From NCBI GenBank assembly GCA_027483385.1, contig JAIXUT010000195.1:1-62679 (forward strand): a DNA stretch of 62,679 bases. Direction: 5' to 3'. Of the stretch, positions 16,648-24,757 are shown in pieces. A model generated the notes under the pieces. The model made no database searches. It worked only from the letters and a program-made list of their open reading frames with translations, and had not been told where the DNA came from. The translations under genes and the position numbers were made by a program. Within the stretch, counting starts at the first letter, position 1, and each line of letters opens with the position of its first letter. Source of the DNA: Alphaproteobacteria bacterium. GTDB lineage: Bacteria > Pseudomonadota > Alphaproteobacteria > UBA2136 > UBA6156.

Positions 16648-17220
16648 TTAAAATCCTTCTTCTGTTGTTCTTTCGAAGGGAATTTGAGTACTGCTCGATG
16701 CCGTTTCCTTTACGAAGAACTTACCTATTTCGGCATCGCCAAAATGGTATTCACTTTGCTTTACCGTGTTTTTAATGAACTCAGGTTGTTGAAGGTGATC
16801 CATTATGTAGGTTCGTACCTGATTGAGCACAGTAGCATCCGGTTCGATTGATTCCGCAAGCATCATTGCCGTAAGCTGCTCAATCATGAATTTCGGGCCC
16901 TGGCGGGTGCGGCGAAACCGGATTTTGGTCCCGACCATCTTTTCTTTCAGCCAGTGCTCATATTCAGCCGCGCAAGGCACTTCTACCCTACTGCCGGTCA
17001 AATCTGAATTTGTCAACATGCTGATGCGCGAAAATCTTAAAGACGTAGGGATTAGCTGGATGATAAACCGTGCCCTTCTTTCGCCGCCTTGGAATGATTC
17101 CAAGCATCTTAATTCAAATAACCAAAAGCCGGCTACTCCGGTACCCCGAATGCCCTTAAATTCAAGGTGGTGGTTTTTTAGTTTTCGGTCCGAAAAACTC
17201 ATTGTTTTTTGCTGTGTCAT
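16648..17220 (-). CDS. Hypothetical protein, first gene of the leftward operon
   Basis: 190 aa from ATG 17220. The TTG at 17250 falls inside the -7 box, so it was not used. Confidence 0.55.
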   Translation of the reverse strand: MTQQKTMSFSDRKLKNHHLEFKGIRGTGVAGFWLFELRCLESFQGGERRARFIIQLIPTSLRFSRISMLTNSDLTGSRVEVPCAAEYEHWLKEKMVGTKIRFRRTRQGPKFMIEQLTAMMLAESIEPDATVLNQVRTYIMDHLQQPEFIKNTVKQSEYHFGDAEIGKFFVKETASSSTQIPFERTTEEGF

Positions 17221-17247
17221 TTTATTCCCCTTATAAATACGTTTCCA

Positions 17248-17255
17248 CAAAAGTA
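17248..17255 (-). promoter_or_regulatory. -7 box TACTTTTG, minus strand
   Basis: caaaagta on the + strand is a perfect match ~28 nt upstream of ATG 17220. Confidence 0.5.
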
Positions 17256-17287
17256 CAAAATAAACTCCTTATGTGCAACGATGCGCA

Positions 17288-17295
17288 TAAATTTG
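17288..17295 (+). promoter_or_regulatory. -7 box TAAATTTG for the late/structural operon
   Basis: Perfect TAnnTTTG match, followed by a ~180-nt leader that carries nested inverted repeats before ATG 17485. Confidence 0.45.
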
Positions 17296-17360
17296 TACGA
17301 AAGACATCAAAAAAACCCGAAACGTTTTTGGATGGCTTGCTTTTAAAAATACTCGGTTGT

Positions 17361-17477
17361 TTTTCGGTAAATAATTTTCTACTTTTCGATTAATCGGAAA
17401 ATGTACGAAAATGCGGCGAAAAGTAGACGAAAAACAAACGAGGATTTACCGGAAAATAGAATATTTCTTACCGAAAA
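17361..17477 (+). promoter_or_regulatory. Nested inverted repeats and CG(G)AAAAT iterations in the late leader
   Basis: Outer pair ttttcggtaa (17361-17370) / ttaccgaaaa (17468-17477). Inner pair tctacttttcg (17378-17388) / cgaaaagtaga (17417-17427). CGGAAAAT/CGAAAAT occurs four times. Confidence 0.55.
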
Positions 17478-17484
17478 TTAACCG

Positions 17485-18075
17485 ATGGACATCAACAACT
17501 TAGGCAATGATTCAACCGTAACAAGTGTCGGAAAAAACGAATTGCAGCAGTGGCTTTCGAATATTCCCCGACACGAAAACGACCTGATTGAATCCATTAA
17601 AGCGGGCCGGGTAAAGGTCACGACCACATCTGGATTCAATCAAATTGCCGATAAAGTAAAGGAGTACGCACAGTTGTACGCCAACACTGAATTTGAAAAA
17701 AGTATTGTAACGACCGACCGCACAGTGCTTATCAATACCATTTTTTATTTATTGAAGAGCTGTGAGGGTATTGCCCGCAATGCCAATTTGATCGGCGACA
17801 TTACTGCGGTTGTGCTCGCCAATGGCAAAGAACCCAATTTGAAAAGTATCATTACGGCCTTGCTGGTTGATACTGGCAAATTGAATCGGCTGATTAATGC
17901 CGTTCAAGTGTTGTGCTCCGGGTTTGATCCTACCTACCTGACGCGCATTGATTTAAAATCCCTTGCGCCAATGCTCAAAGAAATCGGCATTGATACGGAT
18001 ATGTATGAGCAGATTCCTGCTCAATTAAGCATGTCGATTTTGCCCACCTTACCCACCGAAACCCCTGCATCATAA
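17485..18075 (+). CDS. Hypothetical helical protein, first late gene
   Basis: 196 aa with a TAATG overlap onto the next gene. Confidence 0.6.
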   Translation: MDINNLGNDSTVTSVGKNELQQWLSNIPRHENDLIESIKAGRVKVTTTSGFNQIADKVKEYAQLYANTEFEKSIVTTDRTVLINTIFYLLKSCEGIARNANLIGDITAVVLANGKEPNLKSIITALLVDTGKLNRLINAVQVLCSGFDPTYLTRIDLKSLAPMLKEIGIDTDMYEQIPAQLSMSILPTLPTETPAS

Positions 18076-18992
18076 TGGAAAATCCTGAAGGACAAGTACC
18101 AGTAGAAACGACTGTTGCAAAAAGGGGGAGGCCCGCTGGCAAAACATTCAAAGATAGCGTTGCTTCCAGCCTAAATGATGTGTTTGAAGGCATTCCGCTT
18201 GCCGGGGATGATCTACTTGATCAATTGATCGCGACCACCAGCGACCGGACCGTAGAGCCTCAACCCATTGTACAACAAGTTGCGCCTGGTGAAGAAGCCA
18301 AACAAAACAAAGTAGGGGCCGAACACTTGGGTGATGAAATCGCGGTCGATGGTGCATTTGTAGAACAAATGAAAGCCGCTGAAAAAGGTGGCGCCGATGT
18401 GTTTGCAGCGCGTGAACAGATTTTCAACACGCCAACCCCTCCAGCAGGGCAGGGCACTTTCCATACCGATGAACCTACGCCTAACCCTGAACCGACCGTT
18501 TTCACCGATGGGGACAGAGGCAACAACCGCATTTTTGCGGAAGAAGTGGTCGATTGGTACGATGTGTTGCAATCGGTTGCCAGCATGTATGCTTATGACT
18601 ATTTTTCCAGTCCAGCAGAAGCGACAAAAACCGTGGATCGGTTGCATCCAAAGGTCATGGATAACACTGCAACGCCCCAGGAAAAGCAGTTGTACAATGA
18701 TCTGCACAAAAGCGTAATGCACTTTGCTACGCGCAAAAGCACGTTTGCACAATCGGTGAGCATGAGCGTACCACTCAAACAGCGCATTGTCAATTTGATG
18801 AATGCGGTATTTGAGCAACGCGGTTACAAAATGCAGCCGGAGATATTGTTGGGCATGCTGATGCTTACCCCTTTGATCGTGAACGGTGGCCGCATTTTGT
18901 TGGAAAAGATGGGATTTGAGCAGGCTGATCAGTTGGTAGGTAAATTCTCGGAGTTTGTAGCAGCCCAGGAACAACAGTATTATCGACAATAG
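18075..18992 (+). CDS. AT-hook protein with C-terminal hydrophobic segment
   Basis: 305 aa with an AT-hook KRGRPAGK near the N-terminus, an acidic/Pro-rich middle and the hydrophobic segment ILLGMLMLTPLIVNGGRILL near the C-terminus. Confidence 0.6.
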   Translation: MENPEGQVPVETTVAKRGRPAGKTFKDSVASSLNDVFEGIPLAGDDLLDQLIATTSDRTVEPQPIVQQVAPGEEAKQNKVGAEHLGDEIAVDGAFVEQMKAAEKGGADVFAAREQIFNTPTPPAGQGTFHTDEPTPNPEPTVFTDGDRGNNRIFAEEVVDWYDVLQSVASMYAYDYFSSPAEATKTVDRLHPKVMDNTATPQEKQLYNDLHKSVMHFATRKSTFAQSVSMSVPLKQRIVNLMNAVFEQRGYKMQPEILLGMLMLTPLIVNGGRILLEKMGFEQADQLVGKFSEFVAAQEQQYYRQ

Positions 18993-18995
18993 GGA

Positions 18996-19104
18996 GGGCA
19001 CTCGCAAAAGATGCCCCAACGGGTATCCGCAAGGGATACCCCGACGAATACCCAAACGCCAAAAAACCAGCATTTGTAAGAGCACCCGCAAGGGATGCCC
19101 CGAC
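18996..19104 (+). repeat. Late-gene hairpin repeats, 3 copies
   Basis: gggcactcgcaaaagatgccccaac (18996), gggtatccgcaagggataccccgac (19021) and agcacccgcaagggatgccccgac (19081). Confidence 0.8.
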
Positions 19105-19118
19105 GATGTTCCATAACC

Positions 19119-19970
19119 ATGATTAAATTACGCCAAAAAACCTCGCAAGTACAGGCCGCGCAACAGGTGAGTTCTGCTTTCGGAAGCATCTTTGCCGGTC
19201 TGGACAACGCGAAGGATCCAACACAGCGCGATTATTGTTCGATGGTTGTGTTTGGAGATTTAGGGACGGGAAAATCAACATTTCTTTCGCAGTTTGCGAA
19301 ACAGTATGTTGAAAAGAACTCAAGCAAAAAAGTGCCGCGTCGGGTGTTGATTGCGGATCCAAGTCGGGCCAAAGGGTTTGACATATATCCAACCATTACG
19401 CTTTCGGAAATTATGTACGGTTTTCACGACATAAAAACCGGCAAAGTGCGGCGCTGGACAAATGGAATTATGGTATTGCGGGATGTAGCCTGGAATAAAC
19501 CGGATTGGTTCAAAGTATTGACCGACCATTTTCAAAATGGTTTGGTGATCCTGGATGAATCGCGGAATTATATTCCAACAGACAAGTCGATGAATGCGGC
19601 GCAAAAGGAGTTTTTCACCATTCATCGTAATGCCTGTGTAGACGTGATGGTGGTGAGCCATGATTTTATGTCGCTTCACCTGGATTTGCGCAAAGCGTTT
19701 CGGGTGTATGTGGTATTTCGAACGGGCGATAAACCCAATAATGAGGCCTGGTTCACTACTCGAAGTTTGCCAGAAGATTTGTACAAGGCATGGAGGGTGG
19801 TGAGCCGCTTTCGTTCGCCTTCCGCAAAAATGTCGCCATTTGTTGTATTTGATCGAACGCTGCTAAAGTGGAGATTATATGCAGATACGGAGCGATTAGA
19901 GGTAATTGTACCGGACGAGGACAATCCGGGTAAAAATAAGATTGTCCCCTATAAATCTTTGAAACATTGA
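19119..19970 (+). CDS. Zot/pI-like P-loop NTPase (candidate assembly/packaging ATPase)
   Basis: 283 aa from ATG 19119. The ATG at 19095 lies inside a hairpin repeat. Walker A GDLGTGKST, Walker B LVILDES, and HRNACVDVMVVSHD, which resembles the Zot HRHxGxD block. Confidence 0.65.
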   Translation: MIKLRQKTSQVQAAQQVSSAFGSIFAGLDNAKDPTQRDYCSMVVFGDLGTGKSTFLSQFAKQYVEKNSSKKVPRRVLIADPSRAKGFDIYPTITLSEIMYGFHDIKTGKVRRWTNGIMVLRDVAWNKPDWFKVLTDHFQNGLVILDESRNYIPTDKSMNAAQKEFFTIHRNACVDVMVVSHDFMSLHLDLRKAFRVYVVFRTGDKPNNEAWFTTRSLPEDLYKAWRVVSRFRSPSAKMSPFVVFDRTLLKWRLYADTERLEVIVPDEDNPGKNKIVPYKSLKH

Positions 19971-19986
19971 AAAAATAACCAAAATC

Positions 19987-20679
19987 ATGGATAATAAAAA
20001 TTCAAAAAGCAAACCAACTCAGGCCAAAACCAAAGTTGCACCGCAAAACACTACACCACCACTCCAAAAGTTTCAATCACCCAACGAGGCTCATCCAAGT
20101 GAACGTATTGAGCGGCCAGTAGGACCAGTGTCAGAATGGACGGAAGAACAGGTAGAGCGCCGGTACCACGAAATAAAACATATCAAAGTAGAAACTATGC
20201 CAAGCGACGACCTTGACATTGTTTCAAGATATGGTTTAATTGCCAGCAAACGCCGCGAAAGTGCGGAAACCGCAGGCTTTCAAGCCGAAGTAACCAAGGT
20301 GCGTCGGCAGGTAGAAATTCATGCCAACCGTTATGCAACGGCCCAATTTGTCTTGGATCGTGCCAAAAAAAGTATCGGTGATGTGAAGCGGGGTGGGGCA
20401 CCAGTGCATGAAGGTTCAATTACCATCCAGTATGGTGACATTGCCGTTTCGGTGAAGTTTTCGGACGTTGTTGAAGCTTCGGCTTCGCCTAACAATGCCC
20501 TAACTGGCCAGTACGAAACCCTTTTCAAAAACGTGTGCGAACTCATCAAGAGCACATCCCAAATGGGACGTTCTCGGGCTGAGCGCAGCAACAAGAAGGA
20601 TTGGACGCCTTACACCAGTGATATCCGGTGGGTAAGCCACCTGAATGAATTGAACACATTGGAGGAGCAACCGTCGTAG
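19987..20679 (+). CDS. Hypothetical basic protein
   Basis: 230 aa with a Lys/Pro-rich N-terminus. Confidence 0.6.
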   Translation: MDNKNSKSKPTQAKTKVAPQNTTPPLQKFQSPNEAHPSERIERPVGPVSEWTEEQVERRYHEIKHIKVETMPSDDLDIVSRYGLIASKRRESAETAGFQAEVTKVRRQVEIHANRYATAQFVLDRAKKSIGDVKRGGAPVHEGSITIQYGDIAVSVKFSDVVEASASPNNALTGQYETLFKNVCELIKSTSQMGRSRAERSNKKDWTPYTSDIRWVSHLNELNTLEEQPS

Positions 20680-20748
20680 GGGCGACCTTTACGGTCGACC
20701 AATGATTAAAAAACCGTAATAATGGGCAGCCGCGAAGGCTGCCCCGAC
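20679..20748 (+). repeat. Late-gene hairpin repeats, 2 copies
   Basis: A variant ggggcgacctttacggtcgacc (20679) and gggcagccgcgaaggctgccccgac (20724), which has a perfect 8-bp stem. Confidence 0.7.
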
Positions 20749-20761
20749 AAACCAAAAAACA

Positions 20762-20959
20762 ATGGAAATCAGTATTCCCAAATGGCTTTTCATGGCATTG
20801 CTTGCAATGATTTTTTTGTCATGCAGCATTAGCATATACGCATCCATCAAGCGCATTCGTAACGAAAAAAAGGTACGATCCTTGCTTGATGCTGGAACTG
20901 TGCAGGTAAAACTGTCTGATTCTGAAATCGCCAAAATCGCCAAAGAAATCAAACAATGA
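20762..20959 (+). CDS. Small membrane protein (1 TM)
   Basis: 65 aa with the hydrophobic segment WLFMALLAMIFLSCSISIYA. Confidence 0.55.
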   Translation: MEISIPKWLFMALLAMIFLSCSISIYASIKRIRNEKKVRSLLDAGTVQVKLSDSEIAKIAKEIKQ

Positions 20960-21480
20960 TGGACCCTATTGCATCAACCCAAAATAAGCATATCAAAATT
21001 GAGTATATCATCATTGCGGGTTTACTGGCATTGATTATATTGTTGATACTGCGGTTATACTCAAAATTGATAAAAGAGCGTAAGCATAAGGCATTTTTGG
21101 CAGCAGAATTGGCTTGGCACCATAAAGCGACTTTGGTTAAGGAAATAAACGATGATCTTGGTTTAAATCAAGAAACTTATAAAAAACAAGGTGCTTATCT
21201 TCAATTGAAACCTACTTTATCCTTTGGGATAAAAATAGATACTGCATTTCCGTTTATTATTGAACGAAAAGGCAAAATGGTTGAAGTTAGAATAACGCAA
21301 TTTAAAGATGGAATTTCGCTTGGTTTGTCTAATGGTTCCGAAACTTGGTTCACAAATTATGATTTGGAGGACAATAACCAAGATTTAACTCTAACCAAGG
21401 AGGTTGTGGACAAAATCAATCTAATGCTTACCGATAGCCCACCCTTTGAAGAACCTGCTGACCATGAACCAAAATCCTAG
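20956..21480 (+). CDS. Membrane-anchored protein (N-terminal TM)
   Basis: 174 aa with an ATGA overlap and the segment IIIAGLLALIILLILRLY. Confidence 0.6.
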   Translation: MMDPIASTQNKHIKIEYIIIAGLLALIILLILRLYSKLIKERKHKAFLAAELAWHHKATLVKEINDDLGLNQETYKKQGAYLQLKPTLSFGIKIDTAFPFIIERKGKMVEVRITQFKDGISLGLSNGSETWFTNYDLEDNNQDLTLTKEVVDKINLMLTDSPPFEEPADHEPKS

Positions 21481-21760
21481 TACACATTACGAAGTCTGGC
21501 TGCAAGAAAACCCAATTAGATTGAAAATGGTCGATGGGTTTTATGTTTACAAAAGTGACATAGCGGCAGCTGTTTCCATGTCAATGAAGCACTTTTGGGA
21601 CAACATAAAAGTGATAGGGGATGCAAACCCGGAAATTGGCGATGAAATTGTAAAATTTAGAACAGCGCGGAAACTACCAATTCCCCTGGCTGAAAAAATT
21701 ATAAAGGAGTTGTTTTTGGGAAGCGATTTTCTTCGAATTGAATATCAAAACGCAACTTAA
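21464..21760 (+). CDS. Hypothetical protein
   Basis: 98 aa from ATG 21464. The track start at 21446 is a TTG. Confidence 0.5.
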   Translation: MNQNPSTHYEVWLQENPIRLKMVDGFYVYKSDIAAAVSMSMKHFWDNIKVIGDANPEIGDEIVKFRTARKLPIPLAEKIIKELFLGSDFLRIEYQNAT

Positions 21761-21805
21761 AGAGTTCATTTTTGCCGAATGATGATTATTTTAAGCATGT
21801 TATTG

Positions 21806-21834
21806 AAAGGGCCGCTGTAAAGTTGGCCCTTTCG
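21806..21834 (+). other. Stem-loop in the spacer before the major-protein gene
   Basis: A 9-bp perfect stem gaaagggcc/ggccctttc with an 11-nt loop and a weak T tail. Confidence 0.45.
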
Positions 21835-21998
21835 CCATTTTATACGGGGTTTTGAACCAAAAAGCAACTTTATCGCACTAAAACGCCACTGAAAACCCGA
21901 AAAACCCCGTAACGAACCCGGCATAAAAAGGTGAATCATTGAATTTTGGGCTTGCTAATAGGTACTAACCTTCAAATCACCAAAAGAAAATTTTTACA

Positions 21999-22691
21999 AT
22001 GACTCCATCTACGCTCCCAAGCCATATTGCGAAGCAAATTGCCGCTGGATTAGATTTTACCAAAGTCAAAACCGCTGGCGACAAAGTGGCAACCACTGCC
22101 GAGGTAACTGGACCACAAGTGACCCCGCAGGGTTCGCCTATTGATGGCCAGGTTGCAGTAACCAAAGGAAGTCCAGTCGAGCAATACGTCACCATCATTG
22201 TCGATACCACTGCGTTCGACGAAACGGACGACGTAACCGCAGTTATCGGCGATGCAAGCGGCGTTCACGAAAGCGATACTACCGAAGCGCTTGGTTCTTC
22301 CAATTTGGCTACGGTTTATATCGACAATTCTACGTCGACCAAGTACCAGGCTTTCCTGAACCGGTTGTGCTCAACACCTTACACTTTGACTGCGTTCAAT
22401 TTGCAAGTGACCAAAACCGCAGGTGCAGGTTCTGGCACTACCATCAATTTGCCGCAGTACATCAAGTTCAGCCGCAAGAATTTGAACGGCGTTGGCAACA
22501 ACGGCCGCATCGACGTTGCGAACTTTGAAAACCTGGAGGCATTCCCCCGGAATGACGTTCGCTACACGGATATCGCTTTGAACAGCGAAGCAAATCTGTT
22601 TGATCGCGACACGCAGTGGACCATCCCAGGTTTGGTAGGAAAACGCCTGTACAAGTTCACGTTGTACGTGGGCTTCCGCAAAGACAACTAG
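21999..22691 (+). CDS. Candidate major structural (coat) protein
   Basis: 230 aa, beta-rich, with no TM segment or signal peptide. It is preceded by a 238-bp spacer and followed by a strong intrinsic terminator. Confidence 0.45.
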   Translation: MTPSTLPSHIAKQIAAGLDFTKVKTAGDKVATTAEVTGPQVTPQGSPIDGQVAVTKGSPVEQYVTIIVDTTAFDETDDVTAVIGDASGVHESDTTEALGSSNLATVYIDNSTSTKYQAFLNRLCSTPYTLTAFNLQVTKTAGAGSGTTINLPQYIKFSRKNLNGVGNNGRIDVANFENLEAFPRNDVRYTDIALNSEANLFDRDTQWTIPGLVGKRLYKFTLYVGFRKDN

Positions 22692-22719
22692 GGTTGTTTT
22701 ACCCCGGATCCAAAACACG

Positions 22720-22755
22720 AACCGGCCCTCCAAACGGTTGGCCGGTTTGTGTTTA
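22720..22755 (+). terminator. Intrinsic terminator after the major-protein gene
   Basis: An 8-bp perfect stem aaccggcc/ggccggtt with a 12-nt loop, followed by tgtgttt. Confidence 0.6.
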
Positions 22756-22783
22756 AACGTACACTTTCAGCGCGAACGCAACG

Positions 22784-23257
22784 ATGCAATACAACACCCC
22801 GGAGTTGATCTCCATGATAACCACAAACAGCCTGTCAGCGATTCATTATCGCCTGGTGGAGCAAGGACGAATCAGTGGCACTAGCCAAGTGACGGCTGAT
22901 GCTGTCACTTACGCAATTCAGGAACGTATGGACGCGCTTCCTGCCGAGCAGTTCCTTGCCTGGTTTGAGCAATTGCTGGATGTACCGGTAGATCAACAAC
23001 ATTTATATGCATCCGAGTTGAATACCATTCGTGATCGTACTGGACAGTCGCCTGCATCTATTGTTGTAGATCAAATGCGCAAAGACCTAGGATTAACAGA
23101 CCCAAATGCCCCCGAAAACAAGTCCGTGCTTAAGGCACAAACAGCCAAAAATGTAAAGGTAGGACCACTTGGATTAGTGATGCTTGCCTTTGCGGCAATT
23201 GGCTTTTTGGCGGTGTTGCGGATTTTATTCAAGGTCATTTCAAACGCAATGGATTAA
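22784..23257 (+). CDS. Tail-anchored membrane protein
   Basis: 157 aa with the C-terminal TM segment LGLVMLAFAAIGFLAVLRILF. Confidence 0.6.
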   Translation: MQYNTPELISMITTNSLSAIHYRLVEQGRISGTSQVTADAVTYAIQERMDALPAEQFLAWFEQLLDVPVDQQHLYASELNTIRDRTGQSPASIVVDQMRKDLGLTDPNAPENKSVLKAQTAKNVKVGPLGLVMLAFAAIGFLAVLRILFKVISNAMD

Positions 23258-23273
23258 CCATATTTAAAAATTT

Positions 23274-23297
23274 GGTACCCGCAAGGGATACCTTGAC
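23274..23297 (+). repeat. Late-gene hairpin repeat
   Basis: ggtacccgcaagggataccttgac: a 7-bp stem with a bulged A and a GCAA loop, 10 nt before ATG 23308. Confidence 0.75.
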
Positions 23298-23307
23298 CCA
23301 TAAAACC

Positions 23308-23538
23308 ATGAAAAAAATGCTCAAACAGCGTTGGGTAATTGCCCTGCTCGCCGTTCTGGCCACTGCCGGAGCCATTTGGTATTACAACAAAATGAAAAAA
23401 GACGGCGCTGCCGATGCGGCTGGAACCACAACCACCGATACCAAAACGGCACCAAAAACGGCCCAAACTACCCCGCAGAAAATGGTAAACCCAAATTCTA
23501 CGTCGGCGGCATCGTTGACTGCAATTCGCTTGCGGTAA
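23308..23538 (+). CDS. Small membrane protein (1 TM)
   Basis: 76 aa from ATG 23308. The track start lies inside the repeat. TM segment WVIALLAVLATAGAIWYY, then a Thr/Ala-rich tail. Confidence 0.55.
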   Translation: MKKMLKQRWVIALLAVLATAGAIWYYNKMKKDGAADAAGTTTTDTKTAPKTAQTTPQKMVNPNSTSAASLTAIRLR

Positions 23539-23558
23539 TTGCAAATTAAAAAATTCAC

Positions 23559-24023
23559 ATGGCTTCATTATCGGTATTAAGCGCACTTAACGGTAGTAAA
23601 TGGGTTCAACGAAACTCAGCGATTATCGGCGCGGTGATAGCGATCGGGCTATTGTGGTATTTTTTTAAGCCTTACTTCAAAATCATTTTCGGGCTGATCC
23701 CCGAGGATGCACAGTTTACTCAGGGCGGCGGCGACATTACGGCTGAATTTTATGCAAAACGGCGCAATATCGCCGCCAACTTGAAATCGGTGCTCAATTC
23801 AAATGCTCTTTTGGCTTCTGGTCGATGTGATGCTTTGTACGATTTATTGCAGCGCAACGATAACGAAATTCGATTGATTGCGAATACCTACAAAAATCGG
23901 TATGGAACAACGCTGGTCGTTGAGGTAAACCAATTGTACACGGATGATTGTGGCTTTTTTGGCCTGTCACAAGGCCTGAATGTGACCTTGTTAAAACGGC
24001 TGAACGGCCTTCAACTTGCATAA
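23559..24023 (+). CDS. N-anchored membrane protein, paralog family member 1
   Basis: 154 aa with the TM segment SAIIGAVIAIGLLWYFF and the C-terminal motif C..LYDLL...NEIRLIANTYKNRY...C. Confidence 0.6.
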   Translation: MASLSVLSALNGSKWVQRNSAIIGAVIAIGLLWYFFKPYFKIIFGLIPEDAQFTQGGGDITAEFYAKRRNIAANLKSVLNSNALLASGRCDALYDLLQRNDNEIRLIANTYKNRYGTTLVVEVNQLYTDDCGFFGLSQGLNVTLLKRLNGLQLA

Positions 24024-24024
24024 C

Positions 24025-24219
24025 ATGAACGAAAAGCCAATTGTGACCATCGCCAGAATATTGCTGATTGTATCCGCAATTGGTGTTGCCGTGATATTGA
24101 TTATTCGAGTACCACGGGCATTATTGCGCAGCAATGATGCCCCAGGAACCCAAAAAAAATGCAAGAAGGATAACCTGTACCACTATAAAGACCCCACAAA
24201 CCACCCCTATGACTGCTAA
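24025..24219 (+). CDS. Small membrane protein (1 TM)
   Basis: 64 aa from ATG 24025 with the segment IARILLIVSAIGVAVILII. Confidence 0.5.
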   Translation: MNEKPIVTIARILLIVSAIGVAVILIIRVPRALLRSNDAPGTQKKCKKDNLYHYKDPTNHPYDC

Positions 24220-24754
24220 TAAAGTATCAAAAAAAGTATGGATTTGGGCGCTTGCCATTTTTGGCGGTTTGCTCATACTTACTGCTGTATTGGCAATCAT
24301 TACCTCTAAAAAGAAAAAGGGCGCTGCTAAAAAGCCGCAAACGGGTAGTGGTACACCGGTTATTGATCCTTCGTTGCCTCCATCGAGCGGAAATACCCAA
24401 AATCAAACCCCAAAACAAACACCTCCAGTACAGACACCAGCACCGCCTAAGCCAAGCCCCGGCACCGTGCCATACGATGTGTACACTATTCATTGGGATT
24501 ATGTGCAAGGTTTGTGCTGGAAAATGTATGCTACAAGGTGGGATGCCAATTCAACGCAACATACCTGTGAAATAACGAATGGCATCATCGGAATGGGCAT
24601 AGATGATCTGAAAGCATTGGTAGATACCTACAAACGCTGGTACAACCGCTCATTTAAAGATGATTATTGCGACCGTGTAAAAAGTAGCGGTTGTTGGGAT
24701 TCTTGGTGGAGCACCAAACCAGCACAAGCATGTAAACGCCTTCAAACCGTCTAA
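24209..24754 (+). CDS. N-anchored membrane protein, paralog family member 2
   Basis: 181 aa from ATG 24209 with the TM segment VWIWALAIFGGLLILTAVLAII, a Pro-rich linker and C...IDDLKALVDTYKRWY...C. Confidence 0.55.
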   Translation: MTANKVSKKVWIWALAIFGGLLILTAVLAIITSKKKKGAAKKPQTGSGTPVIDPSLPPSSGNTQNQTPKQTPPVQTPAPPKPSPGTVPYDVYTIHWDYVQGLCWKMYATRWDANSTQHTCEITNGIIGMGIDDLKALVDTYKRWYNRSFKDDYCDRVKSSGCWDSWWSTKPAQACKRLQTV

Positions 24755-24757
24755 AAA

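Noticed and set aside
18213-19091. 292-aa minus-strand ORF, plus other antisense ORFs over 18148-19207.
   Set aside because: It is antisense to the 18075-18992 gene inside a uniformly + strand coupled operon. Its 5' end is built from the hairpin repeats (the GIPCGYP peptide artefact).
19095-19118. ATG at 19095 as the start of the ATPase gene.
   Set aside because: This ATG is the conserved 'gatgcccc' of the hairpin repeat itself. The same ATG occurs in most copies without opening a gene. ATG 19119 follows the usual repeat-plus-spacer layout.
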